DNA of 37,641 bases from a virus. Taxonomy: Duplodnaviria > Heunggongvirae > Uroviricota > Caudoviricetes. Positions 1-9,053 of this stretch are shown piece by piece. Every line of letters begins with the position of its first letter. Position 1 is the first letter of the stretch. The position numbers and the translations under genes are program-made. The DNA lies in IMG/VR virus record IMGVR_UViG_3300012347_000366, positions 64,001 to 101,641 of that record; one strand, 5' to 3'. Under the pieces are notes generated by a model. It saw only the letters and a list, made by a program, of their open reading frames with translations. It did not search any database and had not been told where the DNA came from.

Positions 1-11
1 CCCTTATAAAA

Positions 12-35
12 GACAAGGAACCGAAGTTCCTTGTC
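12..35 (-). terminator. Intrinsic terminator after major capsid gene
   Basis: GACAAGGAAC/GTTCCTTGTC 10-bp stem, UUCG loop on minus strand, followed by TTTT, 7 nt after the capsid stop codon. Confidence 0.85.
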
Positions 36-42
36 ATATTAA

Positions 43-1959
43 TTACGCTACGTAACGTAGAGCGGAAACTGCACCGCCTAAGTTAGTTGTAACTTGAGTC
101 ATGCCAGTACGTAGGCTAGCTACCATAACACGACGCTGTGTTTCCACTAGGTCTTGTGTGTCAACACGCAGACCACGCTGATTACCAACCAAGAAGTTAC
201 CTGGGTTGAAACAGATAGCGCCAACGGCGTCAGCTGCTTTGTCAGCGAATTCAGCGCTTACGATAACTGGAGTGTTACCAACTGCACCGATTTGACCAGT
301 TAACAGAGTGGCTTGTTGACCAACTTTGTCTACTGTCAGGAAGTTTGTATCTTCTAGCAGGTCGTAGTAACCTTCTGTGCTTACGATGTAAACTAGTTCT
401 GCTGGATCTAGACCCCATGCACCTAGGTCACGACGCATAGCTTGCAGTTTTGCAACTGTCATTTTAGCAGCGTCAGAGATATCTAGAGTAACGGCGCTTA
501 CTGCGTCGTAAGTGGCCAGACCTTTAACTGGGTCACTGCCGGAACCTGCACCACGTAGCATAGCACGGTCAACAGCGCGAGCAACACGGCGAACCATGGC
601 GTCACGGATAACAGGCATAATAGCCAGCAAGCTGTCTTCTTCTTCTTCGTAAGCAACGTATTCGTTAGTTGCTACTTTATACGCGTTCAGAGTAATCTCT
701 TTCAATGCGTGTGTAGCGTTGCTACCAGCAGAATCAGCAGTACCGAAAGCTGTGTTAGCCATCCATGTAGCAACACCAGCTTCTGGGTTCACAGGAATAG
801 TCATCACGTTAGTCTGCATAGTGATACCACGCAGGTTAGGAGCAACAACTAAACGACGGCGAACTTCGGCTTCCATGTTTGTAGAAACTTCTAGTTCCCA
901 TGTAGCGCTTGGCAGGTGAGCACCGTACTTTTGGATCATTTGGGCACCAAACTTAGTGTCAGCCAAAGCTTTACCAGCCATCTTAGCTAAGATAACAGCC
1001 TTTTCTTTGTCAGCATAAGACATTTCACCGGCTTTGCCGTCTGTGAATTGCATACGTGATTTCTGAATAGCTTCTAATTCAGCAGCCTTCTCTTTTAGGC
1101 TAGCTTCTAGACCTGCAACAACAGATTTAGTTTCGTCAGCTTGAGCAGCGAAACGCTTTTCAACTTCGGCTAGCAGCGCTTCAGCACCAGTTGTGGTTGG
1201 TGTTGCTAGAGCAACAGCAACCTTGATTTTTGCGTCTAAGTCAGCAGCTTCTTTGTCAGCAAGTGCTTTTTCAGCAGCAGCTTTTTCTTGAGCAGCTAGC
1301 AGGGACTTAGTGGCTTGCTCAGCGGCAGCGGCCAACATTTTTTGTAGTTCTTCTGGAGTCATTTCCAATTCCTTTGTGTTATCGCTTTTTGCATCACCGG
1401 AGGCTTCTAGCCCTTTAGCTGAGTCGCTTGGGGTCGCAAATTGCATTTTGAAACTTTTAAATTCTTCGGCCGTTGAAAACGCCTTAGAAAGACTAAATAG
1501 TGTATTTTGATTAGCTGGCACAGACACAACTGATATTTCGTGTAGTTCCAGTTCTTTTACAACAAACAGCTCTAAGGCTGAATTATATTCCGCATCAACG
1601 ATACGGAAACCAATGCTAAAGGCGGTTAGCACGCCGTCTTTTACAAGATTAAAAACATCCTCAGCTGCTGCAGAAATTCTTGCTTTTACATACAAGCCTT
1701 TCTCATCGACGCGGTGATCTGTCATTCGCCCAACCGGCTCTGAGTGGTCGTGGTACGCAAGAATTACTGGATTTTTCAAGTAATTCTTAATACCCGCTTC
1801 CCACACACTGGCTGGAACAATATCGCCGTGTCTGTCAACGTCGTTGGTTGATGCGTAACCTTCAATGGTTACTGAATCAATCTTGCCGTCAGCAGTTGGT
1901 AGAGGTTCACTCTTTGTAAAAGAACTGCTAAAAAACAGTACTTTATTTTTATCTACCAT
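43..1959 (-). CDS. Fused HK97-type prohead protease + scaffold (delta) domain + major capsid protein
   Basis: N-terminal IEGYASTNDVDRHGDIV...ILAYHDH...AFSIGF...LHEISVVSVPANQNTLFS (peptidase S78 motifs); Ala/Glu/Lys coiled coil from MTPEELQ; C-terminal HK97-like capsid; internal SD+ATG at 1362. Confidence 0.92.
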   Translation of the reverse strand: MVDKNKVLFFSSSFTKSEPLPTADGKIDSVTIEGYASTNDVDRHGDIVPASVWEAGIKNYLKNPVILAYHDHSEPVGRMTDHRVDEKGLYVKARISAAAEDVFNLVKDGVLTAFSIGFRIVDAEYNSALELFVVKELELHEISVVSVPANQNTLFSLSKAFSTAEEFKSFKMQFATPSDSAKGLEASGDAKSDNTKELEMTPEELQKMLAAAAEQATKSLLAAQEKAAAEKALADKEAADLDAKIKVAVALATPTTTGAEALLAEVEKRFAAQADETKSVVAGLEASLKEKAAELEAIQKSRMQFTDGKAGEMSYADKEKAVILAKMAGKALADTKFGAQMIQKYGAHLPSATWELEVSTNMEAEVRRRLVVAPNLRGITMQTNVMTIPVNPEAGVATWMANTAFGTADSAGSNATHALKEITLNAYKVATNEYVAYEEEEDSLLAIMPVIRDAMVRRVARAVDRAMLRGAGSGSDPVKGLATYDAVSAVTLDISDAAKMTVAKLQAMRRDLGAWGLDPAELVYIVSTEGYYDLLEDTNFLTVDKVGQQATLLTGQIGAVGNTPVIVSAEFADKAADAVGAICFNPGNFLVGNQRGLRVDTQDLVETQRRVMVASLRTGMTQVTTNLGGAVSALRYVA

Positions 1960-1973
1960 AATACCCCTTTGTG

Positions 1974-3158
1974 TTATTCCTTAGCGGAGGCGGGTCGTCC
2001 TCCAGTACTAGGATTTGCGGCTGAACCTGCAATGTTTGCAGGAATTCGTAAATCATCGTTGCCAGCTTTTGGCTCGTAACGTAACTCTGTACGGGCTTCG
2101 TTAGGGCTAATAATACCACCATTTACTAATGTTGAATGGTACGCGGCAATGTCTTTTAATTCTGGCTGTAGTGCACTAACTGTTGTAGTAATAGCTTCTA
2201 CGTCGTAACCAAAGTAACGCTCTACTGCACTAATAAACTTACGGTTAATTGGAAGTACTGTTTCCAAGTAGAATAGACGTAAGTTAGGCGAGATGTTAGC
2301 GTTGTTACCACCTTGCAGCAAGATTGGCGGAACACCAATTGCTTGCATGATTTTTTCTGCATGAGTTTTGATTGAGGTATCAAAATCCATGTCTTTGAAG
2401 TTTGTTTCGGCAAGCTGATGTGGCTTTAAACCCGAATCTAAGATAACTGGACGCTTTCCACCGTTTTTAACGTTGTACTTTTGCAACCAGTAAGCAATTG
2501 TTTTTTCTTTGGCAACTTGCGATAATGTGTTATCTGTGGTTAGTACTAGTCCAAACACGGCACCGTTATCAAAGAAGTTCTCTTGGAACTTTTGCATTGA
2601 ATAAAGCAAATTGATGCTGCGATCTGCTGATTGCAGTCTGCTTGAGCCGCGATAGATGCTATCACTGGCCAGGTCTCTGAAGTAAAAAACTTCGGACTCT
2701 TTGAAATCTACAAAACCGTTGTAACGGAAACCCTTGATAAAGGTTTTTTCATCTGTTAGGATTTCTACCTTGTCTGCTGGCAGGTGATACATAAATACAC
2801 CGTCGAAGTGTACAAATGCGTTGCCTTCTAGAACAAAGTCTGTGAACAATGCTGTTCGGAAATCTTGTGCTGATTGGTACGGGTTAGGGCGGAAGTTAAG
2901 TAGTGTATTTAGCGTCTTTTGACGAATACCAGCTACTACGCCGTCATGTACTTTGTCTTTGATATCGTAATCTAACGAACTAGCGGCCGATACCAACATG
3001 CTTACGCTGCGGTTAACTGATTCCAATTTCTGGAAACTTTGAAAGTACGTTACTTTAGCGTCTGTGCCAACTTGTGTACCAGAATCTTGTGCGATTCGCG
3101 TCTGTGCTGGATTCAGCTTTGTGCGAATCCAGTCTTGAGATTTGGTGATCCAACTCAT
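1974..3158 (-). CDS. Portal protein (HK97/T5 type)
   Basis: 394 aa; GNAF, FFDNGA, PVILDSGLK, GVPPILL..GNNANI, SPNEARTEL motifs; lies between terminase and capsid genes. Confidence 0.92.
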   Translation of the reverse strand: MSWITKSQDWIRTKLNPAQTRIAQDSGTQVGTDAKVTYFQSFQKLESVNRSVSMLVSAASSLDYDIKDKVHDGVVAGIRQKTLNTLLNFRPNPYQSAQDFRTALFTDFVLEGNAFVHFDGVFMYHLPADKVEILTDEKTFIKGFRYNGFVDFKESEVFYFRDLASDSIYRGSSRLQSADRSINLLYSMQKFQENFFDNGAVFGLVLTTDNTLSQVAKEKTIAYWLQKYNVKNGGKRPVILDSGLKPHQLAETNFKDMDFDTSIKTHAEKIMQAIGVPPILLQGGNNANISPNLRLFYLETVLPINRKFISAVERYFGYDVEAITTTVSALQPELKDIAAYHSTLVNGGIISPNEARTELRYEPKAGNDDLRIPANIAGSAANPSTGGRPASAKE

Positions 3159-3167
3159 GTGTTACCC

Positions 3168-3599
3168 TTATATAAACCTAGAGAAAAATGAGTTGTGTGT
3201 AGAGGTTGGTACGGCTTTATCACCATGAACGTGCTTTTCGCGCTGCAATTCAATCCATCGCTGCTGTTTAGGTTCGGAACCTACTTGAGGAGCTTTTCCA
3301 TAAATGGCGTGTAGCGCTACATGATGCGGATTACATAGGGTGTAAACCTTGTCATATAACTCTATTTTATGCTCTTCAATAAATTCATCACGAACAGCTA
3401 AAATGCCTTCGTCAGTTGATATATCGTAACCTTTTCTATCAGCCCACGTTTCTAAAAGTATTGTGATTGAATGTAAATGATGCAGTTCTAAGTCTTTATC
3501 AGTATCGCAGATAAAGCACTGAGATTTTTTATCGTATGCTGCCTTCGCTCGGTCGCGAACCCACTTAACTGGGATACGTTTATTTGTGTTCTTGGCCAT
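3168..3599 (-). CDS. T5-type nicking endonuclease (HNH-like, Zn-binding)
   Basis: CxxC..LELHH...TLCxxHHxxLH pattern; same position between TerL and portal as the T5 nicking nuclease gene. Confidence 0.75.
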   Translation of the reverse strand: MAKNTNKRIPVKWVRDRAKAAYDKKSQCFICDTDKDLELHHLHSITILLETWADRKGYDISTDEGILAVRDEFIEEHKIELYDKVYTLCNPHHVALHAIYGKAPQVGSEPKQQRWIELQREKHVHGDKAVPTSTHNSFFSRFI

Positions 3600-3629
3600 T
3601 TTTTAATTGGACCTCTTGAGATTACTAGT

Positions 3630-3658
3630 ATTATACATGGTATGTAGAAAAAAGTCAA
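3630..3658 (-). promoter_or_regulatory. Sigma70-type promoter for nuclease/portal/capsid genes
   Basis: TTGACT-N17-TATAAT on minus strand, 30 nt upstream of ATG 3599. Confidence 0.75.
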
Positions 3659-3693
3659 TACCAGAATTTTTGTTGCAGGTCATATATTTTAAC

Positions 3694-3722
3694 TTGAGTT
3701 CAGAATCCAAAACGAGTATAAT
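3694..3722 (+). promoter_or_regulatory. Promoter of GIY-YIG gene
   Basis: TTGAGT-N17-TATAAT followed by AGGAG SD and ATG 3741. Confidence 0.75.
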
Positions 3723-3740
3723 TGAATTTTTAGGAGAAAC

Positions 3741-4322
3741 ATGGCTTCCGGAATCTATAGGCTAACCTTTTCAAGTGGCAAGTTTTATATTGGCAAATCA
3801 CTTGACCTCGAAACACGCTGGAAACAGCATTTTAATAAGTTCGCAACTGGTAAAGCTGCCAAACCCATGCAAGTAGAGTATGATCGTTGTGGACTACCCA
3901 CAACCGAGGCAATTTTCCATTGTCACCAAGATCACATTGATATCATGGAAGAGTGGTTGATTGACCAGTTTAAGTGCGGCGATATGTTAAATACCACGTA
4001 TCCCAAGCTAGATCGCACAGATGAAGTTGCAGAACTTATCAACAACAATCGCGAGCTACTCAATTTGTGTACTTGGGACCACTTGAAACTTATCTCCAAT
4101 GCCGAACAGCGTATTCGTGATGCTAGTACAGCAAAACTCGAAGCTGAAAGTGCGCTAGAAAATTACAAAGATAATGGTTATATTATTGACCAAGACTACA
4201 AGGATTTGTTAGCACTCACCAACGAGTTCAAGACCAGATACTTTGACCACAAAACTGAGCTGCAGCGATTGCAAAAGCTTGGCTGGTGGGACAGACTTTT
4301 TAATTACAAAGTATATGTGTAA
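3741..4322 (+). CDS. GIY-YIG nuclease with C-terminal coiled coil
   Basis: SGIY-x10-FYIGKS-x5-RWxQH; own promoter and SD; antisense to the late operon, overlaps TerL 3' end by 19 nt. Confidence 0.8.
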   Translation: MASGIYRLTFSSGKFYIGKSLDLETRWKQHFNKFATGKAAKPMQVEYDRCGLPTTEAIFHCHQDHIDIMEEWLIDQFKCGDMLNTTYPKLDRTDEVAELINNNRELLNLCTWDHLKLISNAEQRIRDASTAKLEAESALENYKDNGYIIDQDYKDLLALTNEFKTRYFDHKTELQRLQKLGWWDRLFNYKVYV

Positions 4323-5590
4323 AGTGCGTAACGAATAGCATCGGCCATGTGAGAATAGTCGTCATGCTTTGGGCGCTCTTTTTGCAACCCTTCTTTGGTG
4401 TCCCAGCGATACTGGTCAAACACTGCCAAGCAATGTGTACAGTGTGGTGCGACTTTTAGTCGACCTTGTGAGATTAAAGTCTGCACATAGGCAATGCCTG
4501 GTAGTACGTCCTTTTTGGCTTTGGTTGAAGCCAGGTCGTAGATATAGGCAAGGTCACTGGCAAACTGTGCTGCAGCCGAGTCAATAAATATTGTTTCCAC
4601 ACCCCACTTGGCCGATAGCTCGCGAAAAGATTCGGCGTGTTGTGCAGTGGTGGCTTCATTTTTCAAGTACTCGTCTACAATCCAAAAAGTATCCGTTACC
4701 TGGTCATAAACAATAACCACAAACGCTGTGTAATCACGATAGCCAGGGTCACAGCCAGCAATGGCTTCGCCCAATAACCCCTCCGGCACTTCACAAACAT
4801 CGGTTACATCTAGCGAATAAATTTGACCCTCAAACACTGTGAAACTGGCAAGATATTCTTGTTCAAATTCAGCTTTGCTCATTGCACGACGAGCTTCGGC
4901 AACATCCGACTCAGCCATGCGAGTGTTTTCTGTGTAATCAGCTTGTAAACTAACCCATTCTGGAAAGTTAGGGTCAAATCCGCGATTCCAAAATTGGCTA
5001 AACCAGTTGTTGCGACCACGAGGTGTGGAGATAAAAATAGCTTTAGCGTTTGGCTTGTCTAGAGTAGGTCGTAGCGCAACGTTAAACGCAGCTTCACCGT
5101 CTTCACCAAGTGCGGCCTCATCAAAAATAATCAAGTCGTAGCTGCGACCAACACATGAATCCACAGTACTCAACGAACCCATACGAATGGTAGACCCATT
5201 TGACAATTCAATGATCTTGTCTTTTAGGTTATCACGCACAATTTCCAAGTCAAAATGCTTGATTAATTTGCGTTGTAGCTCAAAACTAATACCACTAAGG
5301 TTATAGTTTGGCGACATGATTAAGACATTGCAGCCGGGTACTAAGCTGACAAGTTGTCCAACAACGTTGGCAATATAAGTTTTGCCCAAACGACGAGCTA
5401 GTGCAGCGCAAACAAAGCGATACTTGGGGTCGTTGACGGCATTGATCAGTGCCATTTGTGGGCGGTTAATGGTGTCCCAGATGCCCAATAGCTTTAAATA
5501 GTTGGTGATTGGCAGCTTGATAAATCTGCGATCGGCAGGGAATTCAACAATGTGATCTGATTCAACATCACCACGTGAAATAGTTAACAT
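4304..5590 (-). CDS. terL: Terminase large subunit
   Basis: ARRLGKT Walker A, IIFDEAAL Walker B, ISTPRG coupling motif, GCDPGY and HMADAIRY nuclease motifs; 428 aa, T5-like. Confidence 0.95.
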   Translation of the reverse strand: MLTISRGDVESDHIVEFPADRRFIKLPITNYLKLLGIWDTINRPQMALINAVNDPKYRFVCAALARRLGKTYIANVVGQLVSLVPGCNVLIMSPNYNLSGISFELQRKLIKHFDLEIVRDNLKDKIIELSNGSTIRMGSLSTVDSCVGRSYDLIIFDEAALGEDGEAAFNVALRPTLDKPNAKAIFISTPRGRNNWFSQFWNRGFDPNFPEWVSLQADYTENTRMAESDVAEARRAMSKAEFEQEYLASFTVFEGQIYSLDVTDVCEVPEGLLGEAIAGCDPGYRDYTAFVVIVYDQVTDTFWIVDEYLKNEATTAQHAESFRELSAKWGVETIFIDSAAAQFASDLAYIYDLASTKAKKDVLPGIAYVQTLISQGRLKVAPHCTHCLAVFDQYRWDTKEGLQKERPKHDDYSHMADAIRYALYTYTL

Positions 5591-6066
5591 TAAACGCCAT
5601 CTCCCGAAATCAATTTTGAAATTAGGCTAGAGTACTTTGACCCATCCAAGCCTTCGTTGATTTGCACGTTTACTTGCTTTTGCGGGCCTCCAGGTTGGGC
5701 ACGCAGTTTTTCCAGCTGAATCTCACGGTCTAATAAGTCCATGCTCATTTTATGTGATAGTGCTAGCAGCTCTGAAATATCTTTTGTCGACCCAGTGCCG
5801 GCTTCGTGCAGTTCCTGGAACTTTTGCTTGAGTAGTGCGTCCATGGCAGCACGCATTTGAAATTTGTTGTTGAAGCCTGTGTCCATGAACACCGCATCAA
5901 TGTAGGCCTTGACCTCACGGCGCTTTAAGATCTCGGCGACCAAGTCCGGTGCCAAGTCTAATTCGTGTGCAACCTTTTTGGCATCTTGCAGTTGCAGGTA
6001 ACAATTGGCCACTTCCAGGGCTTCGGGGGCAATTTGAATGGTTTGTGCGGGTAGATTTTGTTGCAT
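5590..6066 (-). CDS. terS: Terminase small subunit
   Basis: 158 aa abutting TerL; EVKAYIDAVFMDTGF..KFQELHEAGTGS resembles T5 TerS. Confidence 0.8.
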   Translation of the reverse strand: MQQNLPAQTIQIAPEALEVANCYLQLQDAKKVAHELDLAPDLVAEILKRREVKAYIDAVFMDTGFNNKFQMRAAMDALLKQKFQELHEAGTGSTKDISELLALSHKMSMDLLDREIQLEKLRAQPGGPQKQVNVQINEGLDGSKYSSLISKLISGDGV

Positions 6067-6085
6067 AGGTGTATCCTTTGGGGCA

Positions 6086-6115
6086 ATTATAGCACGAGGG
6101 GTGGTGGTGGGGCAA
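6086..6115 (-). promoter_or_regulatory. Promoter of terS-terL
   Basis: TTGCCC-N18-TATAAT on minus strand, then AAAGGA SD before ATG 6066. Confidence 0.6.
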
Positions 6116-6180
6116 GTGGGAATTTTAGGTGGGTGTGGGAGAGTGGGGACGACTTGGGCGGTTTAGGGCGGCTTAGGGTC
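6098..6180 (+). repeat. G-tract-rich segment (potential G-quadruplex)
   Basis: Nine runs of 3 or more G within about 80 nt. Confidence 0.6.
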
Positions 6181-6380
6181 GATTGCGGTGTGTTACGGCA
6201 CCGTAGGTGTTTTCGGATTTATTTCAAATAGGCCGCGTGTGGGTGGGTGGCATAGCATATGTGTAAACTTTAGTCTACTAACCGCCCCCGGTCTGTGAAC
6301 GAAAGTTTACATAGGGTAAACCCCTAGAAAATAATTGCATAAATCCTTGCATGATGCGAATTCTTTGATATAATACATAC

Positions 6381-6554
6381 ATGACAACGAAACAAGACTA
6401 CAAAGAAGCCTGCAAGGTGATCGAAGCCCGTGACCCTACAGCCTACAGCATTGTGCAACAAGATGAAAAACATTTTTCTGCGCGAGTTGGCCGTTGCATT
6501 GCTTATTATGTTATAATTGACAATCAAATCATTGGAGCTGTTTGGTATGAATAA
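6381..6554 (+). CDS. First pre-early hypothetical protein (57 aa, leaderless)
   Basis: MTTKQDYKEACKV...; ATG 6 nt after TATAAT at 6369-6374. Confidence 0.65.
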   Translation: MTTKQDYKEACKVIEARDPTAYSIVQQDEKHFSARVGRCIAYYVIIDNQIIGAVWYE

Positions 6555-6642
6555 GATTAAAGAATTTTTGGACTTGGCACTGTGCATGGGTTGCATTGCC
6601 CTTCCGTTCGTGTTATACTTTGCTTTTGTAATGAAGCCTTGA
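6547..6642 (+). CDS. Small membrane peptide (31 aa)
   Basis: MNKIKEFLDLALCMGCIALPFVLYFAFVMKP; start overlaps the upstream gene end. Confidence 0.45.
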   Translation: MNKIKEFLDLALCMGCIALPFVLYFAFVMKP

Positions 6643-6679
6643 CCCTTTCCCTAACCTTGACCTTTCAGGAGATTTTAAA

Positions 6680-7003
6680 ATGACTGCTAAAACTGTGAAC
6701 TACACCCCCGAGCAAACCGCACAAATGGTTGCTGACTACCAAGCCGGGACAACTGTTGAGACTATTGCCCAAGCACTGGGTAAAACTGTGCGCTCTGTTG
6801 TTGCCAAGCTCTCACGCGAGAAGGTTTATAAAGCTAAAACTTATGTTTCCAAGACTGGCGAGACAGTAATTAAAAAGGATGCAGTTGCCGATTACATTGG
6901 TGATGCACTGGGCTTGGGTGAAGCTGATGTTGAATCGCTAACCAAAGCAAACAAAACTGCATTGAAAGCGATTGCAGACTTTATCAAGGCTGAAAAGACC
7001 TGA
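6680..7003 (+). CDS. A2: T5 A2-like DNA-binding protein, paralog 1
   Basis: NYTPEQT..YQAG...LGKTVRSVVAKLSREKVY..KT...KKD; resembles T5 A2 (SVRSKL...AYQK...RKA); strong AGGAG SD. Confidence 0.7.
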   Translation: MTAKTVNYTPEQTAQMVADYQAGTTVETIAQALGKTVRSVVAKLSREKVYKAKTYVSKTGETVIKKDAVADYIGDALGLGEADVESLTKANKTALKAIADFIKAEKT

Positions 7004-7009
7004 TAGACT

Positions 7010-7035
7010 GTAGGGGCTTTATGCCCCTACTTTTT
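7010..7035 (+). terminator. Intrinsic terminator
   Basis: GTAGGGGC/GCCCCTAC stem + TTTTT. Confidence 0.85.
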
Positions 7036-7053
7036 CTGTGATATAATTGCATC

Positions 7054-7185
7054 ATGAACACAAATCAATACATTGTTTGGAATATGTCGGGCGCATACTA
7101 TGACGCACTCATGAATAGTTGCCCTGCTTGGGTTTGGACAGATAGCGAATTTGAAGATTATTTTCAGATGATGACAGGGGCATAA
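7054..7185 (+). CDS. Hypothetical 43-aa protein (leaderless)
   Basis: ATG 6 nt after TATAAT 7042-7047. Confidence 0.5.
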   Translation: MNTNQYIVWNMSGAYYDALMNSCPAWVWTDSEFEDYFQMMTGA

Positions 7186-7186
7186 C

Positions 7187-7303
7187 ATGAAAAAGATTTA
7201 TGAAAAAGAATACTTGAAAAACCCAGAAAAATGGGATGTTCGCTTTGTTGGGTTTGATGATGACGGTACACCGTGGGCAATGGTAAAAAGGATAAAGAAA
7301 TGA
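7187..7303 (+). CDS. Hypothetical 38-aa protein
   Basis: Fills the gap and couples to the next gene via ATGA overlap. Confidence 0.5.
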   Translation: MKKIYEKEYLKNPEKWDVRFVGFDDDGTPWAMVKRIKK

Positions 7304-7620
7304 AACAATTTATTGATTATCTCAAATTAAAAAAGCCCGTTACAATCCGGATTATTCCCCGTAAAAATTCTGAATGTGATGCCGAATATGAGGCAGAATA
7401 TACAGAACGTGGCAAACTGTGTGAGCACGTTATTACTATTTATACAAAAAATCCAACAAGGGATTTTGAGGTATTAATTGCCCATGAATTAATCCATGCG
7501 TGGCAGGAGGAAAAGAAATTAACCGAAACTCACGGGCCAGCGTTTATTAAATATGCGCGCAAAATGGAAAAAGATTTTGGTTTGCGTGAAATTTATATTG
7601 ATGGAATTGACGAAGAATAG
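7300..7620 (+). CDS. SprT-like zinc metalloprotease domain protein
   Basis: LIAHELIHAWQ...HGPAF motif (HEXXH + distal His). Confidence 0.7.
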   Translation: MKQFIDYLKLKKPVTIRIIPRKNSECDAEYEAEYTERGKLCEHVITIYTKNPTRDFEVLIAHELIHAWQEEKKLTETHGPAFIKYARKMEKDFGLREIYIDGIDEE

Positions 7621-7630
7621 AAACCAAGGT

Positions 7631-7704
7631 TTGCAAACAAAAATGAATACTTTTGTTTGCAAGTTGGCGCCAATATTATACCACATAATATTGGCCGGTG
7701 TCAA
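7631..7704 (-). repeat. Antisense promoter-hairpin module, copy 1
   Basis: TTGACA-N18-TATAAT (7704-7675), GGCGCC, then 12-bp hairpin 7631-7642/7651-7662. Confidence 0.8.
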
Positions 7705-7848
7705 GGGTTTGTGCGAAAAAACAACGAATTTAATTGTAACAGTCGCAGAAAATTGTTACACTTTATTTTGTGGAAATTAGGGAAACATGGGGACAATCAG
7801 GGAAAATCCGTGTATAATTGATACATCAACACAGAACAGAGGTTCAAA

Positions 7849-8325
7849 ATGGCAAAGATTACTAAAGTTAGCATTTACGACATGGATGGTACTATTGTTT
7901 GCAGTTTGCACAGATACCGCACAATCGTTGACGATAATGGTGAACGTATTGATTTGAATTATTGGAGAGAAAACGAATATCGCGCAATGGATGATTCATT
8001 ATTGCCATTGGCTAGCCAATATCGCCGTGATTTGCAAGATGAAAATACTTTTGTGATTATCGCTACTGCCCGTGTTTTGCGTGAAGCTGATAATACATTT
8101 ATTCGTGATATTCTCGGTGAGCCTGATTATATTATCTCACGCATGGATGGTGATACTACTTCAGGCGGTAAATTGAAAATCGCTGGTTTGGCTAAATTCT
8201 TTAATCTCAAGAATTTCAAAGATGCTGAATTTACATTTTATGAGGATAATACCACTTATTTAAAAGCGGTTTGTGACCGATTCAATATCCGTGGGGTTTA
8301 TGTCCCAAGCAAACAAGGTCACTAA
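7849..8325 (+). CDS. dmp: HAD-family deoxynucleoside 5'-monophosphatase (T5 Dmp-like)
   Basis: IYDMDGTIVCSLHR (DxDGT + S.HR as in T5 Dmp), IATAR, FYEDN motifs; pre-early position. Confidence 0.75.
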   Translation: MAKITKVSIYDMDGTIVCSLHRYRTIVDDNGERIDLNYWRENEYRAMDDSLLPLASQYRRDLQDENTFVIIATARVLREADNTFIRDILGEPDYIISRMDGDTTSGGKLKIAGLAKFFNLKNFKDAEFTFYEDNTTYLKAVCDRFNIRGVYVPSKQGH

Positions 8326-8376
8326 TATATAATCCCTTCGGGGATTATATAATCAAATTAATCTGGAGAATATATA

Positions 8377-8688
8377 ATGCTGCCAAAACACGTTCTTGAT
8401 TTTGTTATTCCTGAAATTGAACGCCGTCAAACTAAACGCGATAATACCATCACTGAATATAATAAATGCGTGGCTGAATATAAAGCACTGCCTGCATTTA
8501 AAAGATTCTTTACAAGTCACCCTGAAAATGATTATTGGCATTTTGGCGAATACTGGCTTAATGAATTAAAAGCGATTCGCCGTGAAGCTGAATATAAACA
8601 CAAAATGGATTATCCAAGAATGGACATTCCAAAAGAATGGCATAATCTTTTTTATGCGTGGGCGCAAGATAATAATATTCCGTTTTAA
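8377..8688 (+). CDS. Hypothetical pre-early protein
   Basis: 103-aa ORF with GGAG SD. Confidence 0.7.
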   Translation: MLPKHVLDFVIPEIERRQTKRDNTITEYNKCVAEYKALPAFKRFFTSHPENDYWHFGEYWLNELKAIRREAEYKHKMDYPRMDIPKEWHNLFYAWAQDNNIPF

Positions 8689-8700
8689 TTGGAGAATCAA

Positions 8701-8898
8701 ATGAAATTTGGCAAACTTGAAATCAAGGGATATAATAAAATCACATATTCTGGGCAATATATATATATGCCTCACGTTATAATCTGGAGAGCATTTTGGG
8801 CAGTTCCATATTATGTTTTAACTGTTTTGATTTATATTGTTTTGTTAATTGGTCAAGGCAAAGATACTGCCGATGATTATATTGGTAATATTCAATAA
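8701..8898 (+). CDS. Small membrane-associated hypothetical protein
   Basis: GGAG SD before ATG 8701; hydrophobic segment FWAVPYYVLTVLIYIVLLIG. Confidence 0.6.
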   Translation: MKFGKLEIKGYNKITYSGQYIYMPHVIIWRAFWAVPYYVLTVLIYIVLLIGQGKDTADDYIGNIQ

Positions 8899-8908
8899 TA
8901 CTACTTTT

Positions 8909-8985
8909 GTTTGCAAACCAAAAATGAATACTTTGGTTTGCAAACTTGCGCCAAAATTATATCATATAATTTTAGGCCGTGTCAA
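8909..8985 (-). repeat. Antisense promoter-hairpin module, copy 2
   Basis: TTGACA-N18-TATAAT (8985-8956), GGCGC, 14-bp hairpin 8909-8922/8932-8945 with a compensatory change versus copy 1. Confidence 0.8.
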
Positions 8986-9053
8986 GCTTTTTCGTATAAC
9001 TTATTTTTCGTGTGTGATTAAAAAGCAACACAATTTTGTGGTACAATGTCAGC

